Shown: positions 16,975 to 28,108 of the stretch, one piece after another | Position numbering within the stretch: the first letter of the stretch is position 1 | Layout of the letters: each line of letters opens with the position of its first letter | Assembly: GCA_049608005.1 (NCBI GenBank) | Contig: JBMYXB010000001.1 | Location: 1-55,824, forward strand | Source: Vicingaceae bacterium | GTDB lineage: Bacteria > Bacteroidota > Bacteroidia > Flavobacteriales_E > Vicingaceae | Length of the DNA stretch: 55,824 bases | Direction of reading: 5' to 3' | The notes under the pieces: model-generated | Seen by the model: only the letters and a program-made list of their open reading frames with translations | The model's database searches: none | What the model was told of the DNA's origin: nothing | Made by a program: the position numbers and the translations under genes

Positions 16975-16982
16975 TAAATTTG
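16975..16982 (+). promoter_or_regulatory. candidate Bacteroidota -7 box (TAAATTTG) upstream of wza
   Basis: Matches TAnnTTTG, 24 nt upstream of the ATG at 17006. No clean TTTG -33 element is seen. Confidence 0.3.
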
Positions 16983-17005
16983 TTGGTTGCTAAAGAAAAG
17001 GTAGA

Positions 17006-17782
17006 ATGATGTTGGAAAGACTAAAAAAAATAATAGCTGTTTGTTTAATAATTGCATGTTTTTCATGTAATTATAATTCAAATATTATGATGAAAACAGC
17101 TAAAGATTATGAGTTTGCAGCTCCTCCTTCAGGTGAGGTTTCAGAGTATGTAATCTCATCAAGTGATATTATAGAGTTTAGGCTTTATACCAATAATGGT
17201 AGTGTACTTGTGGATTTTACTGCCATTAAAGAACAAGGTGTGCAAGGAACAATGAATAGTAATTTTCAGTACACAGTTGAGTTTGATGGACTAGTAAAAT
17301 TACCCGTTTTAGGAAGGTTAGAACTAAAAGGATTAACCATTAAAGAGGTAGAAGATTTATTAGAAAAAGAATACGCTAAATATTACATTAAGCCTTTTGT
17401 ACAAATTAAAGTTGTAAATAAAAGAGTAACTGTTTTTCCTGGAGGAAGTAATAAAGCTCAAATAATACCATTAACTTCAAATAACATTAAATTATTAGAA
17501 GCACTTGGTGCAGTAGGTGGTTTAACCGATATTGCTAAAGCTAAAAGAATAAAATTAATTAGAGGAAATTTAAAAGATCCTAAAGTGTATTTATTTGATT
17601 TAAGCTCAATAGAAGGTATTAAGCAAACAGACTTTGTTTTGCAAGCAAATGATATAATTTACATTGAACCTCGCACAGAAACCTTGCAAAAAATTGTTAG
17701 AGATGTAGCGCCAATTGTAAGTTTAATTGCAAGTACTTTAACATTGTTTTTAGTTATTGATAACTTAAAAAATACGAACTAA
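17006..17782 (+). CDS. wza: polysaccharide export outer-membrane protein (Wza family)
   Basis: 258 aa with a signal or lipoprotein-type N-terminus (IIACFSC). The Poly_export/SLBB-like pattern (DIIEFRLY...VEFDGLVKLPVLGRLELKGLTIKEVEDLL) is present. It lies immediately upstream of wzc. Confidence 0.75.
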   Translation: MMLERLKKIIAVCLIIACFSCNYNSNIMMKTAKDYEFAAPPSGEVSEYVISSSDIIEFRLYTNNGSVLVDFTAIKEQGVQGTMNSNFQYTVEFDGLVKLPVLGRLELKGLTIKEVEDLLEKEYAKYYIKPFVQIKVVNKRVTVFPGGSNKAQIIPLTSNNIKLLEALGAVGGLTDIAKAKRIKLIRGNLKDPKVYLFDLSSIEGIKQTDFVLQANDIIYIEPRTETLQKIVRDVAPIVSLIASTLTLFLVIDNLKNTN

Positions 17783-17787
17783 TAAAA

Positions 17788-20226
17788 ATGGAAGAAAACA
17801 ATTCTTCAAACAATATAAATAAAGCTAGAGTAAGAAAACGATCAAATTTAAATACAGAATCTGATCCTGTTTTACTGTTGCACCTAATTAAAAAAAACTT
17901 ATTATGGTTTATTTTAATTATTGCTATTTGTGTAGTTGGAGCACTTCTATATTTACGTTATACAGCACCAGTTTATTCATCAGAGCTAATTTACCAAGTT
18001 AATTCCGAAAACAGAGCAAACACTGTTTTAGATGTACAAAATTCACAAGAAGCTAATAGTTTAGCAAAAGATGTTGAAATTTTAAAATCAAAACTTTTAT
18101 TTAAAAGAGCTTTAAAACGCATTCCTGTTGATGTAAGCTATCATACCGAAGGAGAAATTTTAACCAACGAATTGTATAAATCAACTCCAATTAAGGTTGA
18201 TTATTTGATTAAAGATTCATCAATTTTAAATCAAAATTTTTATATCATTTTTAAAAATGATACAGATTTTGAATTGATTAAAAACGAAGAATCTTTAGGT
18301 GAATTTAAAACCAACAAATTAGTTTCGTTACCAAAAATAGACTTTAACATTAAAAAAATAAACAATGGTAACGTAGAACCTCTTAAAGATGGAAGCCTGT
18401 ATTTTAGAATTAATAGCTATGAAACTCTAACCAATCAGTTGAACTCTAAATTATCTGTTATTCCTTTAAATGGTGCTGCAAAAACTATACGTATTGCTTT
18501 TGAAGATTATAATGCAGGCAAAGCTGTTGATATTGTAACTGCTGTTGCAAATGAGTATATGCATTATGATATTGAAGAAAGAAGTAAAGGATCTAAAAGT
18601 GCTTTAGAGTTTATTGATACGCAGTTAGATAGGTATTATAATAAATTAAAACTTTCTGAAAATAAGATTAAAGATTTTCATGAAGGAAACAATTATACAA
18701 CAATTGATAGATCATCATCTTATTTTGATAGAAGTGTTAAATTAGAAAATGAATTGGTTGATATTGAACTGCAAAGTACTGTTTTAAAAGAAATTAAAGA
18801 ATCAGTATCTGCCAATATTGATGCAATAGATGTTTACGACTTACTACCCATTTTAGCAGGAACAGATTATGCGGGTGGAATAATGTCTTTAATAACCAAT
18901 TTAAAAGAGCTGTTAATTCAAAAAGAAAACTTTCAATACGAAGTAACTTCTAATAGCGAATTAGTAAAATCGTTAGATTATAAAATTGATATTCAGAAAA
19001 AAATCCTTTTTGAAGGAATTAATTCTACGATTGAAAAGCTAAATCTAAAAAGAACCAAAATCTTATCTAAAATAAAAGAATTAGAAGGTAAATTTGAAAA
19101 TGTACCTGCTCAAGAATTAGAGTATGCTAGGTTGCAAAGAGTTTTATCAATAGATGAAAAATTCTTTACCATGTTAATGGAAAAAAGAACAGAGTATTCG
19201 ATATCAGATGCAGGATTTGTTTCTGAACACTTAATTTTAGATAGAGCTACTGTACCAACCACTCCAATTTTTCCTAATAAAAAACTGTTTATTAGTGTTG
19301 GGTTAATGCTTGGATTAATAATTAGTATCATTTTATTATTAGCCAAATATATTTTAAAAAATACGATTTCTTCGATAGATGAAATTTTAAGATATTCTTA
19401 TGCAGATTTAACAGTTTTAGGAGTTGTACCTAAGTATAAACTAGATATACCTGTTTCTCAATTAGTGGTTAATAAAAACCCAAAATCAATAATTGCAGAA
19501 TCGTTTAGAGCCATAAGATCAAATATGCAATTTATTGATGGTACTCCTGGCAAAAAATTATTAGCAGTTACTTCTACAGTTTCTGGCGAAGGAAAAACCT
19601 TTTGTGCTATAAATATTGCAGGAATTATTGCTTATTCAGGTAAAAAAGTAGTGATTTTAGATTTGGATATGCGAAAACCAAAAATACATATTGGTTTTGG
19701 AGTAGATAATAATGTTGGGATGAGTTCTTTGTTGATAAAAAATAAAGCAATAACAGAATGTATTCATCATAGCGAACTAGAGAATTTAGATTTTATAACT
19801 TCAGGGCCAATACCACCTAATCCATCCGAATTAATAATTAATGGTGAGTTAGATAATATTATAGAAAATTTACAAAAAGAATACGACTATGTAATTATTG
19901 ATAATCCGCCAATAGGTTTAGTTTCTGATGCTATGACCATCTTAAAAAAAGCAGATTATCCTATTTATGTTTTTAAAAATGAATACTCCAAAAAGTTTTT
20001 TGTAAACAATGTTGATCGATTAATGCTAGATAACGAGGTTAAGAAATTATCTATCGTATTAAATGCTGTAGAAAGCGAAAAAAGATCTTATGGTGGTGGT
20101 GGATATGGCTACGGTTATGGATATGGCTATGGAGGTGGTTACGGTTATGGTTACGGAGGGTATTATGAGGAAGAACCAAAAGAAAAAAAAGGATTAATCA
20201 AAAAGATTATTAATCGGAAAGAATAA
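17788..20226 (+). CDS. wzc: polysaccharide co-polymerase / BY-kinase (Wzc family) with Gly-Tyr repeat tail
   Basis: 812 aa. It has an N-terminal TM, a long coiled periplasmic domain and a second TM. The kinase domain carries Walker A (SGEGKT), Walker A' (ILDLDMRKP) and Walker B (VIIDNPP). The C-terminal tail is SYGGGGYGYGYGYGYGGGYGYGYGGYY. Confidence 0.85.
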   Translation: MEENNSSNNINKARVRKRSNLNTESDPVLLLHLIKKNLLWFILIIAICVVGALLYLRYTAPVYSSELIYQVNSENRANTVLDVQNSQEANSLAKDVEILKSKLLFKRALKRIPVDVSYHTEGEILTNELYKSTPIKVDYLIKDSSILNQNFYIIFKNDTDFELIKNEESLGEFKTNKLVSLPKIDFNIKKINNGNVEPLKDGSLYFRINSYETLTNQLNSKLSVIPLNGAAKTIRIAFEDYNAGKAVDIVTAVANEYMHYDIEERSKGSKSALEFIDTQLDRYYNKLKLSENKIKDFHEGNNYTTIDRSSSYFDRSVKLENELVDIELQSTVLKEIKESVSANIDAIDVYDLLPILAGTDYAGGIMSLITNLKELLIQKENFQYEVTSNSELVKSLDYKIDIQKKILFEGINSTIEKLNLKRTKILSKIKELEGKFENVPAQELEYARLQRVLSIDEKFFTMLMEKRTEYSISDAGFVSEHLILDRATVPTTPIFPNKKLFISVGLMLGLIISIILLLAKYILKNTISSIDEILRYSYADLTVLGVVPKYKLDIPVSQLVVNKNPKSIIAESFRAIRSNMQFIDGTPGKKLLAVTSTVSGEGKTFCAINIAGIIAYSGKKVVILDLDMRKPKIHIGFGVDNNVGMSSLLIKNKAITECIHHSELENLDFITSGPIPPNPSELIINGELDNIIENLQKEYDYVIIDNPPIGLVSDAMTILKKADYPIYVFKNEYSKKFFVNNVDRLMLDNEVKKLSIVLNAVESEKRSYGGGGYGYGYGYGYGGGYGYGYGGYYEEEPKEKKGLIKKIINRKE

Positions 20227-20769
20227 ATGAAATTTATTAAAACACCACTTGAAGGTTTGATGATTATTGAACCCAAGGTATTTTTAGATGATAGGGGATA
20301 CTTTTTTGAAGCTTACAGCGAAAAAGTTTTTTGTGAAAATGGAATAACTGATGTTTTTGTGCAAGACAATGAGTCAAAATCAAATAAAAATGTACTAAGA
20401 GGACTACATTTTCAAAAACCAAACTATGCTCAAGCTAAATTAATTAGGGTAATTAAAGGTAAAGTTTTAGATGTGGTTGTAGATCTTAGAAAAAACTCAA
20501 AAACTTACGGTAAGCATTTTAAAATTGAACTTTCTGAACAAAATAAAAAAATGTTTTACGTTCCTAAAGGTTTTGCTCATGGATTTTTAACTTTAGAAAA
20601 CAATACCATTTTTTCATATAAATGCAGTAATGGTTATAATAAATTAGCAGAAGATGCTCTTTTATGGAATGATAAAGATTTAAATATTGACTGGAATATT
20701 TCAAGCCCAATTTTATCTGAAAAAGACAAAGAAGCAAATAATTTTAATGACTTTATAACCCCTTTTTAA
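20227..20769 (+). CDS. rfbC: dTDP-4-dehydrorhamnose 3,5-epimerase
   Basis: 180-aa cupin with DDRGYFFE, RGLHFQ and VPKGFAHGF motifs. The start directly abuts the wzc stop. Confidence 0.9.
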   Translation: MKFIKTPLEGLMIIEPKVFLDDRGYFFEAYSEKVFCENGITDVFVQDNESKSNKNVLRGLHFQKPNYAQAKLIRVIKGKVLDVVVDLRKNSKTYGKHFKIELSEQNKKMFYVPKGFAHGFLTLENNTIFSYKCSNGYNKLAEDALLWNDKDLNIDWNISSPILSEKDKEANNFNDFITPF

Positions 20770-20770
20770 C

Positions 20771-21844
20771 ATGAACTTAATTTCGTGGAAACACATTTTT
20801 TTCTTTTTAGGAGCATTATTGTTTTCTATTTTAATTAATAGAGTTATGTTAAGATTTGTAAAAACTCTTGGCATTAGAAATGAAGATGAAAAAACCATAA
20901 GATGGAGTGCTCAAGCAAAACCTGCTTTAGGTGGTCTAACATTTTATATCATATTCCTGCTGTCAATCATTCTTCATTCCTTTATTTTTTCTTACGAAGA
21001 AAGTGGTATTGATTTTAGATTTACAGGCATAGTAGGAGCAACTTCTTTAGGATTTTTAATGGGCTTATCTGATGATGCTTATAATACCCGACCAATATTA
21101 AAGTTTTTAACTCAAGTTTTATGCGGTGTAATTTTAATATACTCAGGTTCATTTATAACTATTTTTGATAATGATTTACTAAATTATTCGATAACAATAT
21201 TGTGGGTAGTGGGATTGATGAACTCTATTAATATGTTAGATAATATGGATGGAATTACCACAATTGTTTCAGTAGTGATAGCCTTTACAATATTACTTTT
21301 AATGCTAGTAAATAATGAAGCAGATAGTTTAGGAACAACTATTGTGATTGGATTGCTGGCATCTTTATTAGGGTTTTTGTACTTTAATTGGAACCCCGCA
21401 AGAATGTATATGGGAGATACTGGAAGTCAGTATTTAGGTGTTTTATTGGCAGCATTAAGCATCAACTACCTATGGAATCCAATAACAACATCAGAATTTG
21501 CTATTTCACGACAACTATTAATTCCATTATTAGCATTTATTATTCCAATAGTTGATACGACTACTGTAACCATTAAAAGGTTAAGCAAAGGAAATTCTCC
21601 GTTTGTAGGAGGTAAAGATCATACTACACACCATTTAGCTTATTTAGGATTTACTGAAAAGCAAGTGGCTGCAATTATAGCCTTAATATCAATTATATCA
21701 TCAGCTATTGCTGTTTACGCTATTTCAAGCATTCAAAACTGGAATCACTGGTACACCCTAATATTTTCAGCTTATTTTTTAATTGTTTTTGGAGTTTTAT
21801 TTACAATAGCTAAAAAAAATGTAAATAAATCTGGCAATGAGTAA
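20771..21844 (+). CDS. polyprenyl-phosphate HexNAc-1-phosphate transferase (MraY/WecA family)
   Basis: 357 aa with about 10 TM helices. Motifs GLSDDAYN, NSINMLDNMDGI and MGDTGSQYLG are characteristic of the family. Confidence 0.8.
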   Translation: MNLISWKHIFFFLGALLFSILINRVMLRFVKTLGIRNEDEKTIRWSAQAKPALGGLTFYIIFLLSIILHSFIFSYEESGIDFRFTGIVGATSLGFLMGLSDDAYNTRPILKFLTQVLCGVILIYSGSFITIFDNDLLNYSITILWVVGLMNSINMLDNMDGITTIVSVVIAFTILLLMLVNNEADSLGTTIVIGLLASLLGFLYFNWNPARMYMGDTGSQYLGVLLAALSINYLWNPITTSEFAISRQLLIPLLAFIIPIVDTTTVTIKRLSKGNSPFVGGKDHTTHHLAYLGFTEKQVAAIIALISIISSAIAVYAISSIQNWNHWYTLIFSAYFLIVFGVLFTIAKKNVNKSGNE

Positions 21845-24665
21845 TAATGACGAAGCGTTTATTGAAGTAATAGGTTCTAGAGTTCATAACCTAAAAAACG
21901 TTTCTGTAAAAATTCCAAGAAACAAATTGGTTGTAATGACTGGAGTTTCGGGTAGCGGAAAGTCTTCTTTAGCATTTGATACTATTTATGCAGAAGGACA
22001 AAGAAGATACTTAGAAACATTTTCTGCTTATGCCAGAAACTTTTTAGGGACCATGGAGCGTCCTGATGTGGATAAAATAACAGGCTTAAGCCCTGTTATT
22101 GCTATAGAACAAAAAACAGTTAGTAAAAATCCCAGATCTACAGTAGGTACAATTACCGAAGTTTACGATTTTTTTAGATTACTTTTTGCCCGAGTATCAG
22201 ATGCCTATTCGTATAATACTGGCGAAAAAATGGTAAAACATACTATTGCACAAATTGTAGATTTAATAATAGATCAATATCAAAGTAAAAAACTAATTGT
22301 TTTAGCACCAATAGTAAGGGGTAGAAAAGGGCATTATCAAGATTTATTTAAACAAATATCTAAACAAGGGTTTGTAAAAGTTAGAATAGATGGAGAACTA
22401 GTTAACATTAGTTCGGGGATGAAATTAGATCGTTATAAAACCCATGATATTGAAATTGTTGTAGATCAAATTAAAGTAAAAAAAGAAGACCGAAAACGCA
22501 TTTCAGATGCTGTAAATTTAGCCATGAAACATGGTAAAGGTTCTATCATGGTTTTTGATTTAGAAAGTAATCAGTTTTCTATTTTAAGTAAAAACTTAAT
22601 GTGCCCAACAACTGGTATTTCTTATGATGAACCAGCCCCCAATCTTTTTTCGTTTAACTCGCCTTATGGAGCCTGCAAAAAATGTAATGGGTTGGGTTTA
22701 GTTTCTGAAATTAACCTCGAGAAAATTATACCTAACCCTAAATTATCTATAAAAAAAGGAGGAATAGCACCTTTAGGTGCTTATAAAAACAATTGGACTT
22801 TTAAACAGATAGAAGCCATTGGTAAAAAATACGGTTTTACAATAAATACACCCATTGGCGAAATACCTGAAGAAGCAATAGATTATATTTTAAATGGATC
22901 TACAGAAACATTAACTGTAGCACAAACTGTAGCAGGAATTTCTTCAGATTATAAGATAGAATTTGAAGGAATTGTGAATATTATTGTTAGACAATTTGAA
23001 GAAAATAAAAGTAAATCTATTGGAAGGTGGGCAAATAGTTTTATGAACAAAGTAAATTGTTATAGCTGTAAAGGTGGTAGATTAAAAAAAGAGGCCACTT
23101 ATTTTAAAGTTGATGATAAATCGATAGATGAAATTGCCAGCTTGGATTTAGAAGACTTGTATCAATGGACTTCTACCTTAGAAGATAAGTTGTTGCCTCA
23201 AAAGCAAATTATAGGTAAAGAAATTTTAAAAGAAATAAACACCAGAATACAATTTTTGCTAGATGTTGGTTTAACCTACTTGTCTTTAAATAGGAGCTCT
23301 AAAACATTATCTGGTGGCGAATCTCAAAGAATAAGATTGGCAACGCAAATAGGTTCTCAATTGGTTAATGTATTATATATATTAGATGAACCAAGTATAG
23401 GATTACATCAAAGAGATAATCTAAAACTAATAACTTCTTTAAAAGAATTAAGAGATGTAGGTAATTCTGTAATTGTTGTAGAGCATGATAAAGAAATTAT
23501 GCTGGCATCGGATTATATTATTGATATTGGTCCAAAAGCAGGAGTTCATGGAGGAGAGGTAGTATCAGTTGGAAACCCTAAAAAATTCATAAAAAATGAT
23601 ACTGAAACAGCTAATTTTTTAAGTGGTAAGTTAGCAATTTCTATCCCTAAAAAAAGAAGAAAAGGAAATGGTAAGTTTTTAGAATTAATTGGAGCATCAG
23701 GTAATAATCTTAAAAATGTTCATTTAAAAATTCCTTTAGGAGAGTTGGTTTGTGTAACAGGTTTGTCTGGTAGCGGAAAATCTACTTTAATAAACGAAAC
23801 ACTTTATCCCATACTAAATAAGCATATTTTTAAAGCTATAAAAAATCCTTTGCCTTATAAAGAAATTAAAGGGCTCGGATATATTGATAAAATAATAGAT
23901 ATAGATCAATCTCCAATTGGCAGAACACCCCGCTCAAATCCGGCAACCTATACAGGTGTTTTTACCAACATAAGAGCTTTGTTTAGTAACCTCCCCGAAG
24001 CAAAAATTAGAGGTTATAAACCGGGTGTTTTTTCTTTTAATGTTAAAGGTGGTAGGTGCGAAGTGTGTAAAGGAGCAGGTGTTAAAACCATAGAAATGAA
24101 CTTTTTACCCGATGTTTATGTTGCCTGTACCGATTGCAATGCTAAACGTTATAATAGAGAAACTTTAGAGGTTAGATTTAAAGGTAAATCGATAAGTGAT
24201 GTGCTTAACTTTACGATAGATCAGGCGGTAGAATTTTTTGAAAATATGCCAGACATTGTTCGTAAAATTAAATCTTTGCAAGATGTTGGTTTAGGATATA
24301 TTAAGCTCGGGCAACCCTCAACAACACTTTCGGGAGGCGAAGCGCAGCGTGTTAAATTGGCAACGGAATTGGCTAAAAAACAAACAGGTAAAACCTTTTA
24401 TATTTTAGATGAACCTTCAACAGGTCTTCATTTTGAAGATATAAAAATATTTTTAGAAGTAATAGACCGTTTGGTTAATTTAGGCAACACTGTTTTAATA
24501 ATTGAGCATAATATGGATATTATTAAGGTGGCTGATTATATTGTGGATATTGGACCAGAAGCAGGTTTAAATGGAGGAGAAATTATTGCAGAAGGAACGC
24601 CCGAACAATTAATTCGTAGCAAAAAAAGTTATACCGCAAAGTATTTAAAAGAAGAATTGAGTTAA
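21837..24665 (+). CDS. uvrA: excinuclease ABC subunit A
   Basis: 942 aa. Two ABC modules ([10 protein letters not shown] and [10 protein letters not shown]), signatures LSGGESQR and LSGGEAQR, and CxxC zinc modules. It overlaps the preceding gene by 8 nt. Confidence 0.95.
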   Translation: MSNNDEAFIEVIGSRVHNLKNVSVKIPRNKLVVMTGVSGSGKSSLAFDTIYAEGQRRYLETFSAYARNFLGTMERPDVDKITGLSPVIAIEQKTVSKNPRSTVGTITEVYDFFRLLFARVSDAYSYNTGEKMVKHTIAQIVDLIIDQYQSKKLIVLAPIVRGRKGHYQDLFKQISKQGFVKVRIDGELVNISSGMKLDRYKTHDIEIVVDQIKVKKEDRKRISDAVNLAMKHGKGSIMVFDLESNQFSILSKNLMCPTTGISYDEPAPNLFSFNSPYGACKKCNGLGLVSEINLEKIIPNPKLSIKKGGIAPLGAYKNNWTFKQIEAIGKKYGFTINTPIGEIPEEAIDYILNGSTETLTVAQTVAGISSDYKIEFEGIVNIIVRQFEENKSKSIGRWANSFMNKVNCYSCKGGRLKKEATYFKVDDKSIDEIASLDLEDLYQWTSTLEDKLLPQKQIIGKEILKEINTRIQFLLDVGLTYLSLNRSSKTLSGGESQRIRLATQIGSQLVNVLYILDEPSIGLHQRDNLKLITSLKELRDVGNSVIVVEHDKEIMLASDYIIDIGPKAGVHGGEVVSVGNPKKFIKNDTETANFLSGKLAISIPKKRRKGNGKFLELIGASGNNLKNVHLKIPLGELVCVTGLSGSGKSTLINETLYPILNKHIFKAIKNPLPYKEIKGLGYIDKIIDIDQSPIGRTPRSNPATYTGVFTNIRALFSNLPEAKIRGYKPGVFSFNVKGGRCEVCKGAGVKTIEMNFLPDVYVACTDCNAKRYNRETLEVRFKGKSISDVLNFTIDQAVEFFENMPDIVRKIKSLQDVGLGYIKLGQPSTTLSGGEAQRVKLATELAKKQTGKTFYILDEPSTGLHFEDIKIFLEVIDRLVNLGNTVLIIEHNMDIIKVADYIVDIGPEAGLNGGEIIAEGTPEQLIRSKKSYTAKYLKEELS

Positions 24666-24764
24666 GCTCTTAATTTAGGAATCCAATCCGTTTACAGAAT
24701 AATAAAATTAGCTAACCCTAATTTGAATATCTTTACCAATCACTAATATTGATATATTAATTTT

Positions 24765-27700
24765 ATGAAGAATTTTTTAGTTTTTGCAATTTGCACAATA
24801 ACATTAGTTAGTTATAGCAACGCCCAAGAGTATGTTCGATTAATGAACGAAAAAAATGCAAACTTTTATGAAGTGCAGCAAGCTTTTGAAGATTATTGGG
24901 ACGGTAAAACTTATGAAAAAGGTAAGGGTTGGAAACAATTTAAGCGATGGGAATACTTTATGGAAACAAGGGTTAATTCTGATGGAATTATTCCTAACCC
25001 AAGCTTACCTTGGTTAGAACACCAAAAGTTTAAAAATAAATATGCCTCTAAAAAAGAAACAACTAACAAATCTTTATCTAATTGGGCTCCTATAGGGCCA
25101 ACAAGTTGGAACTCTATTGGTTGGAACCCCGGTATTGGAAGAATTAATGCGGTAACAGTAGATCCTAACAATAGCAATGTAATTTATGTTGGAACTCCTG
25201 CTGGCGGCTGTTGGAAATCTTCTGATAATGGTGCTACGTGGTTACCTTTAACAGACAATTTTTCAGCTTTAGGAATTTCAGGAATAGCAGTAGATCCGAA
25301 CAACTCCAACATTATATATTTAGCAACTGGAGATGGGGATGGTGGAGATACCTACAGTATTGGTGTTATGAAATCGGTTGATGGTGGTGCTACTTGGAAC
25401 TCAACTGGTTTAAATTGGTCATCATCTCAAAGCAGAACTATGCGAAGAATAATTAACCATCCTACCAATAGTAATATTTTATGGGTAGCCACAAGTAATG
25501 GTTTATGGAAAACAACAGATGCAGGTGTAAATTGGCAACAGGTGCTTATTGGTTCAATTAGAGATTTAGAGTTAAATACTGCTAACCCTGATATTGTTTA
25601 TGCTTGTACAGGGTCTGTTTTTTACCGATCTACAACAGGAGGTAATGCCAATTCGTTTAATAATATAACAGCAGGAACGCCCTCAGGTAATGTAGGAAGA
25701 TTATCAATTGCGGTAACTCCAAACGATGCAAATTATGTTTATTTATTAGCGGCAAATTCTACAGATGAAGGTTTTTTAGGTTTGTATAGATCTACAAATG
25801 GAGGAAACAGTTTTTCGTTAAGAACAAACACGCCTAATGTTCTTGGCTATAATACAAGTGGCTCAGATAGTGGCGGGCAAAGCTGGTATGATATGGCATT
25901 AGCAGTTTCTCCAACAAATAAAAATGAGGTTTATACTGGTGGTGTTAATGTTTGGAAATCTACCAATGGAGGATCAACTTTAACGGCTTTATCAAAATGG
26001 AGTTGGCCAACTGGTAGTTATGTTTATGTACATGCAGATATTCATACAATAGACTTTTATGGCAGTGAACTTTTTGTAGGTTCTGATGGTGGTATTTTTA
26101 AATCTTCAGACAATGGAAATAGTTTTTCTGACATTACCACAGGAATCCAAAATTCTCAATTTTACAGATTAGGAACCAGTACAACCGATGCTGGAATTAT
26201 TATGGCTGGAGCACAAGATAATGGATGTACATTGCTTAAAAATGGTACTTGGACACATGTTACCGGAGGAGATGGAATGGAGGTGATAGTTGACCATACG
26301 AATACTAATATTATGTATTCAACCTCACAAAATGGTAATATTTATAAATCTAGTAATGGAGGTAATTCGTTTAACGGAATTAGTGGTAGTATAACAGAAG
26401 ATGGTGCTTGGGTTACGCCTTACACTTTAGATCCTAACAATCATAACATTATATATGCAGGATACTCTAACGTTTGGAAATCTTCTAATGCAGGTAATAC
26501 TTGGAGTACAATATCTAGCTTTGGTTCTAATGCAGCTACAATTAGATCTTTAGAAGTGGCACCATCTAACTCTAATGTAATTTATGTCGCTACATTAACC
26601 TCTTTAAAAAGAACTACTAATGGGGGGGCAAACTGGACTAATATAACACCAATTCTTTATGGTGCAAACATTACTTACATTTCGGTACACGACCAAAATC
26701 CTGATATTGCATGGATTAGCTTATCAGGATTTAATAATTCGCCAAAAGTTTATAAGACAATAGATGGAGGTGTAAACTGGGAAGATGTTTCAGGTAATTT
26801 ACCTAACCTTCCTATAAATTGTGTGCTGTACGAAAAAGGTACAAATAATGGAGTTTATGTAGGAACCGATATAGGGGTTTATTATAAAAATGATGATTTA
26901 TTAAATTGGCAATCGTTTATGATTGGTTTACCTAATGTAAGAGTAAATGAATTAGAAATTTATTATCCTACAGGTAAAATTAGAGCAGCTACTTATGGTA
27001 GGGGACTTTGGGAATCTGATGTTTATTCGATAGCAACTCCGGTAGTACAATTTAGTGTTAGCGATACTTCTATTTGCCCTGGAAATTGTACCCAATTTAT
27101 TAACGAAACGTTTGATTTAGGACTGCAATGGCAATGGTATTTCTCTGGCGGAACACCTAGTACATCAACAGATTTAAACCCAATAGTTTGTTACCCTAAT
27201 AATGGAACTTACCATGTTTCTTTAATTGCAACAAATGCTGCAGGAAGTGATTCTGTTTTTGCTCAAAATTACATTCATGTTCAAACTCCAACAACAGGTG
27301 CAGCGTTGCCTTTGTCTGAAGGTTTCGAAGATGGCACTGCAGCACCATTAGATTGGTCTATCATTAATTTTGATAATGGTGTTACTTGGGAATTATCTAC
27401 TACAGCAGGTGGGCATGGATTTAGTGCTGCTAGTGTGGTTATTGATAATCACTCAACCGACTTTGAAGGAGAAAAAGATTATTTAGTTACTCCTGCGTAT
27501 GATTTTACTGCAACAATTAACCCTCAATTAACCTTTGATGTTGCTCATTCGCCACATTGGGCACCTCGTAGAGATACTTTGGCAGTTTATTACTCTACAG
27601 ATTGTGGTGTTACTAAAAACTTGTTGTACGAAAAAGATGGAAATGACCTTTTAACAGCATTTAATACCCCATCCTTTTTTACGCCAGATTCTAATGAATG

Positions 27701-28085
27701 GAGAACTGAATCGGTTAGTTTAAACCAAGTTGTTGGCTTTGGTGCTGTAGAATTTTTCTTTGAAAACAGATCAGGATATGGTAATTCTATTTATTTAGAT
27801 AATATAAATATTTTTGACCAACCATTATCTATTAAAGAAATTAATAAAACCACTTTAAATATTTATCCAAATCCATTTTACAACCAAATAACAATTGCAG
27901 GTTATCAATCTAATGAACCAATAAAAGTTGCCATATATAATGCTATTGGTGTTTTAGTTTTTGATAAAAAGTTAGCTAATTCCCATCAACATACATTACA
28001 GTTAGATGCTTTAAAAGCAGGCTTGTATTTTGTTAAGGTAATTGCCGATGATGAAATTGTTACCAAAAGCATAATAAAAAGATAA
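24765..28085 (+). CDS. secreted multi-Asp-box (BNR) beta-propeller protein with PKD-like domain and T9SS C-terminal sorting domain
   Basis: 1106 aa with a signal peptide ending SNAQ. About ten S/T-x-(D/N)-x-G-x-(T/S)-(W/F) boxes are present (SSDNGATW, SVDGGATW, TTDAGVNW, TTNGGANW, TIDGGVNW and others). A PKD-like segment (VVQFSVSD...HVSLIATNAAGSDS) follows. The C-terminal ~80 aa (LNIYPNPFYNQITI...GLYFVKVIADDEIVTKSIIKR) is typical of type A T9SS CTDs. Confidence 0.75.
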   Translation: MKNFLVFAICTITLVSYSNAQEYVRLMNEKNANFYEVQQAFEDYWDGKTYEKGKGWKQFKRWEYFMETRVNSDGIIPNPSLPWLEHQKFKNKYASKKETTNKSLSNWAPIGPTSWNSIGWNPGIGRINAVTVDPNNSNVIYVGTPAGGCWKSSDNGATWLPLTDNFSALGISGIAVDPNNSNIIYLATGDGDGGDTYSIGVMKSVDGGATWNSTGLNWSSSQSRTMRRIINHPTNSNILWVATSNGLWKTTDAGVNWQQVLIGSIRDLELNTANPDIVYACTGSVFYRSTTGGNANSFNNITAGTPSGNVGRLSIAVTPNDANYVYLLAANSTDEGFLGLYRSTNGGNSFSLRTNTPNVLGYNTSGSDSGGQSWYDMALAVSPTNKNEVYTGGVNVWKSTNGGSTLTALSKWSWPTGSYVYVHADIHTIDFYGSELFVGSDGGIFKSSDNGNSFSDITTGIQNSQFYRLGTSTTDAGIIMAGAQDNGCTLLKNGTWTHVTGGDGMEVIVDHTNTNIMYSTSQNGNIYKSSNGGNSFNGISGSITEDGAWVTPYTLDPNNHNIIYAGYSNVWKSSNAGNTWSTISSFGSNAATIRSLEVAPSNSNVIYVATLTSLKRTTNGGANWTNITPILYGANITYISVHDQNPDIAWISLSGFNNSPKVYKTIDGGVNWEDVSGNLPNLPINCVLYEKGTNNGVYVGTDIGVYYKNDDLLNWQSFMIGLPNVRVNELEIYYPTGKIRAATYGRGLWESDVYSIATPVVQFSVSDTSICPGNCTQFINETFDLGLQWQWYFSGGTPSTSTDLNPIVCYPNNGTYHVSLIATNAAGSDSVFAQNYIHVQTPTTGAALPLSEGFEDGTAAPLDWSIINFDNGVTWELSTTAGGHGFSAASVVIDNHSTDFEGEKDYLVTPAYDFTATINPQLTFDVAHSPHWAPRRDTLAVYYSTDCGVTKNLLYEKDGNDLLTAFNTPSFFTPDSNEWRTESVSLNQVVGFGAVEFFFENRSGYGNSIYLDNINIFDQPLSIKEINKTTLNIYPNPFYNQITIAGYQSNEPIKVAIYNAIGVLVFDKKLANSHQHTLQLDALKAGLYFVKVIADDEIVTKSIIKR

Positions 28086-28108
28086 GATTAAAGGGGTGAA
28101 CTTAAAAA

